A DNA stretch of 15,053 bases from Rhodothermales bacterium (GTDB lineage Bacteria; Bacteroidota; Rhodothermia; Rhodothermales; VXPQ01). A program made the translations under genes and the position numbers. Positions 6,201-13,601 of the stretch are shown piece after piece. Position 1 is the first letter of the stretch; each line of letters begins with the position of its first letter. The notes below the pieces were generated by a model. That model saw only the letters and a program-made list of their open reading frames with translations, was not told the DNA's origin and ran no database searches. The DNA is taken from positions 1 through 15,053 of the forward strand of contig JBBDTI010000093.1 of assembly GCA_040904565.1 (NCBI GenBank). Direction: 5' to 3'.

Positions 6201-9200
6201 TCAGTATCCGGGCGGCAACGTCGGCCCTTTCTCCGACTTCTCGGAGGAAGCGGCCCCGGGTGCCTTTTTCGGCTTGTCGGCCGTGGGTGGTGTCGGACCG
6301 CCGGGTTTCGGCGGCATTTTCGGTCCCGCGTCGCCCCCGCTCGCGCCGTCGCCGCCCCCATCGAGCGGTCGCGCCATCTCCTCGTACTTCTTCCACCGCG
6401 CCTCGACGTGCTCCTGGGCGCGCGCCATGAAGTCCGCGGCAGCCTCGGGATCGAGTTGCTCGAGCATGCGGTAGCGGTTTTCGTTGTAGGCGTATTCCTT
6501 GAAGCGCACCTTCGGGGGCTTCGAGTCGAGCTGGAGCGGGTTCTTCCCCTGATCCGCCCGGCGGGGATCGAACCGGTACAGCGGCCAGTACCCGCTGCGC
6601 ACGGCGAGGTCGGACTGCTCCATTCCCTTCGCCATGTCGATGCCGTGCGCGATGCACTGGCTGTAGGCGATGATCATGGAGGGGCCGTCGTAGGACTCGG
6701 CTTCCCGAAAGGCCTTGATCGCCTGGTTGTCGTCGGCCCCCATCGCGATCTGGGCAACGTAGACGTACCCGTAGCTCATTGCGAGCAGGCCGAGGTCTTT
6801 CTTCGGCGTTTTCTTGCCGCCCGCGGCGAACTTCGCTACGGCGCCGAGGGCCGTTGCCTTCGACGCCTGTCCACCCGTATTCGAATACACCTCCGTATCG
6901 AGGACGAGCACGTTCACGTTGCGCCCCCCCGCGAGGACGTGGTCGAGCCCGCCATAGCCGATGTCGTAGGCCCAGCCGTCGCCGCCGACGATCCAGACGC
7001 TCTTCTCGACGAGCAGGTCGGCGAGCCCTGCGAGGTCCCGAACGGCGGGGGTACCGGCCGGGTCGTCGACCACGCCATCGACCGTGCCATCGTCCACCTC
7101 ACCGGACAGCGCATCGCTCGGTCTTTCGATCCCCCCGAGGATCTCCTTCAACCGGTCGACCCGCTCCCGCTGCGCCTCGATGCCCGCGGCGGTGGACTGG
7201 TCGGCTTCCAGGAGTCCCGATGCCAGTTCGTCTCCGATCGTCTCGCGGAGCCGTTCGACCAGCTCGCGGGCGTAGGCCGCCTGCTTGTCGACGGCCAGCC
7301 GCATGCCGAGACCGAACTCCGCATTGTCCTCGAACAGGGAGTTGTTCCATGCCGGCCCGCGGCCGTGCTTGTTTTTCGTCCACGGCGTGGTCGGGAGATT
7401 GCCACCGTAGATCGACGAGCAGCCCGTCGCGTTCGCGACGATGGCCCGGTCGCCGAACAGCCGGGTCATGAGACTCAGATACGGCGTCTCGCCGCAGCCC
7501 GCGCACGCGCCCGAGAACTCGAACAACGGTTCGAGGAGCTGTACGTCTTTCGTCTTCGTAAACTTGAGCGGGCTGCCGTTCTCGGACGTATCCGGGAGCT
7601 CGAGGAAGTAGTCCCAGTGAACCCGCCCCTGCTCTCGGAGCGGAAGCTGGGGCTCCATGTTGATGGCCTTGCGGTCCACGCGGCTCTTGTCCTTGACGGG
7701 GCACACTTCGACGCACAGCCGGCACGCCGTGCAGTCCTCGACGGCCACCTGCAGCGTGTACTTGTCCCCTTCCTTCTCGCGCCACTGCGCGTCCGCGGTG
7801 AGAAATCCGTCCGGCGCGTCGACCAGGTGGTCTTCTCCGACGAGCTTCGCGCGGATGACGGCGTGTGGGCACACCATCACGCACTTTCCGCACTGGATAC
7901 AGATGTCGGGATCCCAGACCGGGACCTCGAGCGCCAGATTTCGTTTTTCGTAGCGCGTCGTGCCGCTGGGATAGGTACCGTCCACCGGCAGGGTGCTCAC
8001 GGGCAGCAGATCGCCCCGTCCGGCGATGATCTCTCCGGTCACGTTCCGCACGAAGGCGGGCGCGTCGTCCGGCATAGATAGGGCCGGCGCGGTACCGTTC
8101 GCGGCGCCACCCGTCGCGCCGTCGCCGTTTGCTGAGGGCGCGCCGTTTGCGCCGTTTGCTGAGGGTGCGCCTGCCCCTTCTGTCGCGTCGGCCGGCCGTT
8201 CGGGCCCGTCCATGCGCGGCACCTCCACCTGATGGAGCCGCTCGAGCGTGGCGTCGACGGCCGCGAAGTTACGGCGGACGACCGCTTCCCCCCGCTTCCC
8301 ATACGAGGTGCGGATTGCTTCCTTGATCTTCTCGATCGCCTCTTCCTTCGGAAGAACGCCGCTGAGCGCGAAGAAGCACGTCTGCATGATCGTGTTGATG
8401 CGCGCGCCGAGTTCGACCTCGCGCGCCACCTCATAGGCGTCGATCGCGTAGACCGTAAGCTTTCTCTCGACGATCTGACGACGGACGCGCTCGGGGACGT
8501 GCTCCCACATCTCGTCGACCGGATGTGGACAGTTGAGCAACAGCGTTGCCCCTTCGGCAGCTGGCTCGAGCGTGTCGTAGCGCTCGAGGAAGCCGAACTG
8601 ATGCACGGCGACGAATCCGGCCTTCCGGATCAGATACGTGCTGCGGATGGGCCTCGGACCGAACCGGAGGTGCGAGATCGTGCGGGCCCCTGCCTTCCGC
8701 GAGTCGTATACGAAATAGCCCTGGGCGTATCGGTCGGTCTCCTCGCCGATGATCTTGATCGAATTCTTGTTGGCGCCGACCGTGCCGTCGGAGCCGAGGC
8801 CCCAGAACACGGCCCGCGTGACGTCGTCGGGCTCGATGTCGAACGCCGGATCCCAGTCCAGACTCGTGTGGGTGACGTCGTCGTAGATGCCCACGGTGAA
8901 GTGGTTCTTCGGACGCGGCGTGTTCATCTCGTCGAAGATCCCTTTGATCATCGCGGGGGTGAACTCCTTGGAGGAGAGCCCGTAACGGCCGCCGATTACC
9001 CGGGGTGGGCGTGCATCGACGGGCCGCGGATCGCCGTTCTCGCTCTCTTCCGCGCCCGCATCCGCCTGCCCGTCGGCGTCGTACGACGAAAATCTTTCTC
9101 CGATCGCCGTCATGACGTCCTGATACAGTGGCTCGCCCGCCGAGCCCGGTTCTTTCGTCCGATCCAGTACGGCGAGCACGCGCGTCGTCTCCGGTAGCGC

Positions 9201-10160
9201 GTCGAGGAAATGCCGGGACGAGAAGGGCCGGAAGAGCCGCACCTTGACGGCACCCACCTTCTCACCCCGGTCGGCCAGATAGGTCACCGTTTCCTCCGCG
9301 GTTTCGCAGCCGGAGCCCTGCAGGACGAGGACGCGCTCGGCGTCGGGGGCGCCGACGTAATCGAACAGGCCGTATCGCCGTCCCGTGCGTTCGGCAAACC
9401 GGTTCATGATCCTCTCGACGATCTCGGGGGTCTCGTCGTAGAACGGATTGACGCTTTCGCGGGCCTGAAAGAACACGTCCGGATTCTGTGCCGTGCCTCG
9501 AATGAACGGCCGGTCCGGCGACATCGCCCGCATGCGGTGCGCGCGGATCGCCCTCTCGTCGAGCATAGATAGGATGTCCTGGTCGGACACGCGCTCGATC
9601 TTCTGAATCTCGTGCGACGTGCGAAATCCGTCCATGATGTGTAGGAAGGGGACGCGCGTCTCGAGGGTGGCGGCCTGCGCGATGAGCGCGAAGTCCATCA
9701 CCTCCTGCACCGATCCGGAGAACAGCATAGCCCAGCCGGTAGCCCGCGCCGCCATCACGTCGCTGTGATCCCCGAAGATGGACAGCGCCTGTGCGGCGAC
9801 GGACCGCGCCGCGATGTGAAAGACCGTCGGAGTCAGTTCCCCGGCGATCTTGTACATGTTCGGGATCATCAGGAGCAGTCCCTGGCTGGCCGTAAAGGTC
9901 GTCGTCAGAGATCCTGCCTGCAGCGCGCCGTGGACCGCCCCCGCGGCGCCGCCTTCGGCCTGCATCTCGACGACCTCCGGCACCGATCCCCATACGTTCT
10001 TGCGTGCGAGCGTACTCCAGAGGTCGGCGTGCTCGCCCATCGGCGAGGCCGGCGTGATCGGGTAGATGGCGATGACTTCGTTCGTGCGGTGGGCGACGAG
10101 GGCGGCTGCCTCGTTGCCGTCGACGGTGATCGTGGCGCGTTCGCTGGAGATGTCCGGCAT
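6201..10160 (-). CDS. nifJ: Pyruvate:ferredoxin (flavodoxin) oxidoreductase, single-chain homodimeric PFOR
   Basis: DGNEA, IYPITP, EMQAEGGAAGAVHG, FTASQGLLLMIPNMYKIAGE, DGFRTSHE, RGTAQNPD, GLGSDGTVGANK, two ferredoxin motifs (CIQCGKCVMVCP, CTACRLCVEVCP), GACAGCGE, ANATGCSS, TPP motif GGDGWAYDIG...YSNTGGQ and CIAHG. Confidence 0.97.
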   Translation of the reverse strand: MPDISSERATITVDGNEAAALVAHRTNEVIAIYPITPASPMGEHADLWSTLARKNVWGSVPEVVEMQAEGGAAGAVHGALQAGSLTTTFTASQGLLLMIPNMYKIAGELTPTVFHIAARSVAAQALSIFGDHSDVMAARATGWAMLFSGSVQEVMDFALIAQAATLETRVPFLHIMDGFRTSHEIQKIERVSDQDILSMLDERAIRAHRMRAMSPDRPFIRGTAQNPDVFFQARESVNPFYDETPEIVERIMNRFAERTGRRYGLFDYVGAPDAERVLVLQGSGCETAEETVTYLADRGEKVGAVKVRLFRPFSSRHFLDALPETTRVLAVLDRTKEPGSAGEPLYQDVMTAIGERFSSYDADGQADAGAEESENGDPRPVDARPPRVIGGRYGLSSKEFTPAMIKGIFDEMNTPRPKNHFTVGIYDDVTHTSLDWDPAFDIEPDDVTRAVFWGLGSDGTVGANKNSIKIIGEETDRYAQGYFVYDSRKAGARTISHLRFGPRPIRSTYLIRKAGFVAVHQFGFLERYDTLEPAAEGATLLLNCPHPVDEMWEHVPERVRRQIVERKLTVYAIDAYEVAREVELGARINTIMQTCFFALSGVLPKEEAIEKIKEAIRTSYGKRGEAVVRRNFAAVDATLERLHQVEVPRMDGPERPADATEGAGAPSANGANGAPSANGDGATGGAANGTAPALSMPDDAPAFVRNVTGEIIAGRGDLLPVSTLPVDGTYPSGTTRYEKRNLALEVPVWDPDICIQCGKCVMVCPHAVIRAKLVGEDHLVDAPDGFLTADAQWREKEGDKYTLQVAVEDCTACRLCVEVCPVKDKSRVDRKAINMEPQLPLREQGRVHWDYFLELPDTSENGSPLKFTKTKDVQLLEPLFEFSGACAGCGETPYLSLMTRLFGDRAIVANATGCSSIYGGNLPTTPWTKNKHGRGPAWNNSLFEDNAEFGLGMRLAVDKQAAYARELVERLRETIGDELASGLLEADQSTAAGIEAQRERVDRLKEILGGIERPSDALSGEVDDGTVDGVVDDPAGTPAVRDLAGLADLLVEKSVWIVGGDGWAYDIGYGGLDHVLAGGRNVNVLVLDTEVYSNTGGQASKATALGAVAKFAAGGKKTPKKDLGLLAMSYGYVYVAQIAMGADDNQAIKAFREAESYDGPSMIIAYSQCIAHGIDMAKGMEQSDLAVRSGYWPLYRFDPRRADQGKNPLQLDSKPPKVRFKEYAYNENRYRMLEQLDPEAAADFMARAQEHVEARWKKYEEMARPLDGGGDGASGGDAGPKMPPKPGGPTPPTADKPKKAPGAASSEKSEKGPTLPPGY
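8123..8171. repeat. In-frame tandem duplication with 27-bp period inside nifJ (GAPSANGANGAPSANG)
   Basis: CGCCGTTTGCTGAGGGCGCGCC (8123-8144) and CGCCGTTTGCTGAGGGTGCGCC (8150-8171), with one mismatch. Confidence 0.85.
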
Positions 10161-10177
10161 GGCAAGTCCCTGTTGTC

Positions 10178-10211
10178 AGGTAGAGCATCGATGCGGCGGT
10201 TCGCTCTACCT
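10178..10211. promoter_or_regulatory. Inverted repeat AGGTAGAGC-N16-GCTCTACCT just upstream of the nifJ ribosome-binding region
   Basis: Perfect 9-bp arms at 10178-10186 and 10203-10211. On the minus strand a CAGGGA (10167-10172) lies between the repeat and the ATG, and a -10-like TAAGTT (10215-10220) lies just upstream. Confidence 0.5.
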
Positions 10212-10360
10212 TTCAACTTAGGCGGTCGTACGCGGGCCGGATGTGCGCGGACGGATCCTCTACGTGTAGGGGAAAAGCCTAGGGTTGCGGCGGTGGGAGC
10301 GGGTTCGTCTCGCAACGCGCTGCCGTCATACCAGGTGCTTCGTCGCGATCCAGCTGCTCG

Positions 10361-10401
10361 TCACTGCGGCGCGCTCTACCTTACTGCGGCGCGCTCTACC
10401 T
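10361..10401. repeat. 20-bp tandem direct repeat overlapping the stop codon of the beta-barrel gene
   Basis: TCACTGCGGCGCGCTCTACC (10361-10380) and TTACTGCGGCGCGCTCTACC (10381-10400), with one mismatch. Confidence 0.85.
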
Positions 10402-13258
10402 ACAATCCGAAATTGCGGAACGTGTAGGTGAGATTCAGCAGGACGTACCGGCCGAGGACCTGCATGTTGCTGTCTTCGATGTAGGACTCGGTGATCGTTC
10501 GGCGAATGCCCGTCTCCTGGTTGAAGATATCGCCCACGACGAGCTTGGCCTCGGCGGCGTTCTGGCGCAGGAATTTGTAGCCGAGCCCGGCGTTCATGAT
10601 GAACGTGGTGGGATAGAGCGCCTCGTCGAGTCCGACGTAATCGTTGAACGTCAGGCTCGTCTCGAGCACCAGGCGTCCGAGCGGGAGCCACGTAAATCGT
10701 ACGCCCGCGTCGTGGCGGTAGTAGTTTTCGTCGAGCCGCTCGTAGAACGAGTTGCTCGCCACCGTGTAGGCGCCGCCGTAGGACAGCGTGAAGTCGAGCT
10801 GTTCGCTGATGTTGCTGGCGACCGTGACGCCCCCATTCGTGCTATACTGCGTTGACAGGTTTGCCTGCCCGTTAATCAGGCCCGGCGTCCGCGCATAGGA
10901 GACGCCGCCCCGCAGGTTCAGGTTGCTCTCCAGCAGTGGGAAGGGCAATCCGACGCCCACGAAGGACCGCGCGTTGATGCTCGCGTCGGACAGGTTCACC
11001 GGCTGAGAGAACTGCGCGCCCTGCTGCAGGAGCACGCCCTGGAACAGCACCGTGTCGCGCGCCGCGAGCAGCGACGCGGTACCGATAGGGTTGCGCTGGT
11101 AGTCGACGCTCATGAATCCGAACGTCATGCGGCCGGCCTGCCAGTTGCCCCGGCGACCCCGCAGGCTGACGGTGTGCGTGTAGCTGGGCTCGAGATCTCG
11201 ATTGCCGGCCTGCAGAAAGAGCGGGTTCGTGTTGTCGACCACGTCCTGCAGCTGGCTCACCGAGGGCGTATTCGTACGGGTCCGATACCGCAGCTCCACA
11301 TCCCCCTGCTCACCAAAATCGTACTCGATCTCGGCCTCGGGGAGAACGCTGAAGAACGACCGGTCGAGCTCGAAGGCGACGGGATAGGTCTGGTCGCCCA
11401 GCAGTCGTTCGTTTTGAGCCTCGACGCCGAGCTGCAGCTCGAAGCGCTCGCCGAAGTTGTGCTGCATCGAGGCGCCGCCGCGCTGGCGAACGGCGTCGTT
11501 GTCGAACAGGCTCGAAAAGGTCGGATCCAGGATCACGTAGCGGCCCGTCTGCAGGTCCAGCACGTACGCCGAGCGGTCCGACACGTTCTTGCCGTAGGAC
11601 GGCTCGTAGCTCAGCCGAAGCTGGCTGTTCTCGTCCAGCGACTCCGTGACGTCGAGGCTCAGCGAGACGGAGCGACCGGCCGCCTTGCTGTCGATCTCCT
11701 GGTCGTAGGTCGTGTTCTCCTGCTCGTCGCTCTCGTCGTAGAACTCCGTGACGGAGAACTGCTCCGTGTCCCCCCAGCGGTCGTTCATGCCCACGTCGAG
11801 CTGGGCCGAGAGGGTGCGCCCGGGCGTGGCGAACCGGTGGCGGTACAGAATTTCGGTGGACGACGTGTAGCCGACGTTGCTCGACGCGTACGCGCTGAGC
11901 GCCTCGTTGAGCAGCGTGCCCCCGGTCAGCATGTTCGCGCCGTTCTGCGTGGTCCGTGCCGCATTATCCTGGAAGCTGAGGTTGGGGCGAATGAGCAGCG
12001 AGTTGTTTTCGTCGAACGTGTATTCGAGGCGTCCACTGAGCCGGTGGTTGTAATTGGTGCTCGAGGACTGCGTCGTCTCGTTGTAGAACTGCGTCTGCTC
12101 GTCCGGCAGGAAGAGCTGGCGGTCCGTGAACGCGTCGTTCGCATTCTCCATGCGGTTGAAGAAGTAGCTGGCGCTCATCCGCAGACTGGAGCCGATATTG
12201 TCGCTATAATTGAGTCCGACCGAAGTGGTCGTATTCAACCCGCCCTGTTGCCCGACGAGAAAGTCGCGCGGATTGAACCCTCCGCCGCCTCCGCGCCCAC
12301 CGCCGCCACCGCCGCGAAAGACGGCCCCGCCTCCCCCGCCACCGGGACCGCCTCCTACGAAGCGGCGATTGCCGCCGCCCGTGATGCCGAGCAGGTCCTC
12401 GAACGCGAAGTTCTGCTGGTTGACGTTGTTCGCCAGCGCGATGACGGAGATCCGGCGATCGCCGTCGAAGATGTTGGTGTTGCCGCCGGTGATGTAGCGG
12501 TTGCTCTCGCCATACCCCCCGTAGGCCTTTCCGAACTGGCCGTTGCTCATCCCGGTGCGCGTGACGATGTTGATCGTGCGCTCCGTATTGCCGTCACTGA
12601 ATCCGGTGAACTGGGCCTGGTCGCTCTCGCGGTCGAAGATTTCGATGTTCTGGATGACGTCGGCCGGCAGGTTGCGGAGTGCCACAGCCGGATCGTCACC
12701 GAAAAACTCGCGGCCGTCGACCGTGACGCGCTGGACCTGTTCGCCCTGCGCCTCGACGGTGCCGTCCTGTCCGAGGACGACGCCGGGCATCTTCCCGATC
12801 AGGTCTTCGGCGGAGGCATCCGGATTCACCCGGTAGGCGTCGGCGTTAAAGACGGCCGTATCGCCCCGCATCCGAAAACGCTCCTGAACGTCCTGCACCA
12901 CGACCTCGTCGAGGTCCGTGACCGACGCTTCGAGCCGGATGGAGCCGACGTCGTTCGGTGTTTCGCCGGCGGCGACGTCCTGGACGTGCGGGACGAAGCC
13001 GACGAAGGAAAGCCTGAGACGATAGGTCCCTTCCCGCGGAGCTCGAACGGCAAACCGGCCCCCGGGCCCGGACGTGCCGGCGGCCACCATGACCGAGTCG
13101 GCCGCGTCGAGGAGCACGACCGTGACGCCCGGCAGCGCTGAGCCGTCCTCGGCGTCTACGACCGCGCCCGTGACGGAAAGGGCCCTCTGCTGCTGGGCAG
13201 CCGCCGGAAGTGAGAGCGCTACCAGCAGGATGAGGAGGAGGGAGGTGTACCGTTTCAT
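10400..13258 (-). CDS. Outer-membrane beta-barrel protein, TonB-dependent-receptor-like, with an N-terminal carboxypeptidase-regulatory-like domain (Bacteroidota type)
   Basis: Signal peptide from ATG 13258 (MKRYTSLLLILLVALSLPAAAQ). Then VTGAVVD....LPGVTV, LSFVGF, LDEVVV, GDTAVFNADAY, AEDLIGKMPGV, VDGREFFGDDP.VALRNLPAD, TINIVT, PSVSQLQ...DNTNPL...GN.DL.PSY and a terminal beta-strand YVLLNLTYTF. Confidence 0.9.
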   Translation of the reverse strand: MKRYTSLLLILLVALSLPAAAQQQRALSVTGAVVDAEDGSALPGVTVVLLDAADSVMVAAGTSGPGGRFAVRAPREGTYRLRLSFVGFVPHVQDVAAGETPNDVGSIRLEASVTDLDEVVVQDVQERFRMRGDTAVFNADAYRVNPDASAEDLIGKMPGVVLGQDGTVEAQGEQVQRVTVDGREFFGDDPAVALRNLPADVIQNIEIFDRESDQAQFTGFSDGNTERTINIVTRTGMSNGQFGKAYGGYGESNRYITGGNTNIFDGDRRISVIALANNVNQQNFAFEDLLGITGGGNRRFVGGGPGGGGGGAVFRGGGGGGRGGGGGFNPRDFLVGQQGGLNTTTSVGLNYSDNIGSSLRMSASYFFNRMENANDAFTDRQLFLPDEQTQFYNETTQSSSTNYNHRLSGRLEYTFDENNSLLIRPNLSFQDNAARTTQNGANMLTGGTLLNEALSAYASSNVGYTSSTEILYRHRFATPGRTLSAQLDVGMNDRWGDTEQFSVTEFYDESDEQENTTYDQEIDSKAAGRSVSLSLDVTESLDENSQLRLSYEPSYGKNVSDRSAYVLDLQTGRYVILDPTFSSLFDNDAVRQRGGASMQHNFGERFELQLGVEAQNERLLGDQTYPVAFELDRSFFSVLPEAEIEYDFGEQGDVELRYRTRTNTPSVSQLQDVVDNTNPLFLQAGNRDLEPSYTHTVSLRGRRGNWQAGRMTFGFMSVDYQRNPIGTASLLAARDTVLFQGVLLQQGAQFSQPVNLSDASINARSFVGVGLPFPLLESNLNLRGGVSYARTPGLINGQANLSTQYSTNGGVTVASNISEQLDFTLSYGGAYTVASNSFYERLDENYYRHDAGVRFTWLPLGRLVLETSLTFNDYVGLDEALYPTTFIMNAGLGYKFLRQNAAEAKLVVGDIFNQETGIRRTITESYIEDSNMQVLGRYVLLNLTYTFRNFGL

Positions 13259-13521
13259 GGATCGTTCTTGCAAGCTGAGTGCAGGAAGGAGTGCCTTCCG
13301 TTTCGGAAGCCGCGGTGCGTGCGGACACAGAGGCCGAGCCCGAAATGGGAAGGGCGTCCAGGTGTGCACGGTGGCGCGGTAACCAGCGTCTCATGAGGGA
13401 TAACGACGTTTCTGATAACAAGATGCGCGCCATGTTTCAGCCTGCACTACTACGACATGATTTGCATTCGGGAAGCACGGGCGTGCACGAGGCGCCGTTT
13501 TTCGACGATGCGGCTTCTCTT

Positions 13522-13564
13522 AAAAACAAAAGCGGTGACGTCCCTGAGAGGACGCCACCGCTTT
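13522..13564 (-). terminator. Rho-independent terminator downstream of the T9SS-substrate gene
   Basis: Minus strand AAAGCGGTGGCGTCC-TCTCAG-GGACGTCACCGCTTT (15-bp stem with one G-U) followed by TGTTTTT, starting ~37 nt after the TAA at 13602-13604. Confidence 0.88.
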
Positions 13565-13601
13565 CAAACGTAACTACTGACTGTTTGCTGCGAGCCGGCC
13601 G

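Noticed and set aside
5412-8081. 889-aa plus-strand ORF (and 8232..9197)
   Set aside because: Antisense shadows of nifJ and the DHOD-like gene caused by high-GC codon bias; no recognisable motifs.
10361-10401. CRISPR array or lysine riboswitch (AGGTAGAG start)
   Set aside because: Only two abutting copies with no spacer and no cas genes. It lacks the AGAGGYGC core and the downstream riboswitch elements, and no lysine gene follows.
11174-13141. 655-aa plus-strand ORF
   Set aside because: Antisense shadow of the beta-barrel gene.
13259-13369. N-terminal extension of the barrel ORF in the ORF track
   Set aside because: The signal peptide starts at ATG 13258, and the extension is not protein-like.
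13395-13445. GATAAC direct repeat and ECF-like GAAAC elements upstream of the barrel gene
   Set aside because: Too short and degenerate to support a promoter call.
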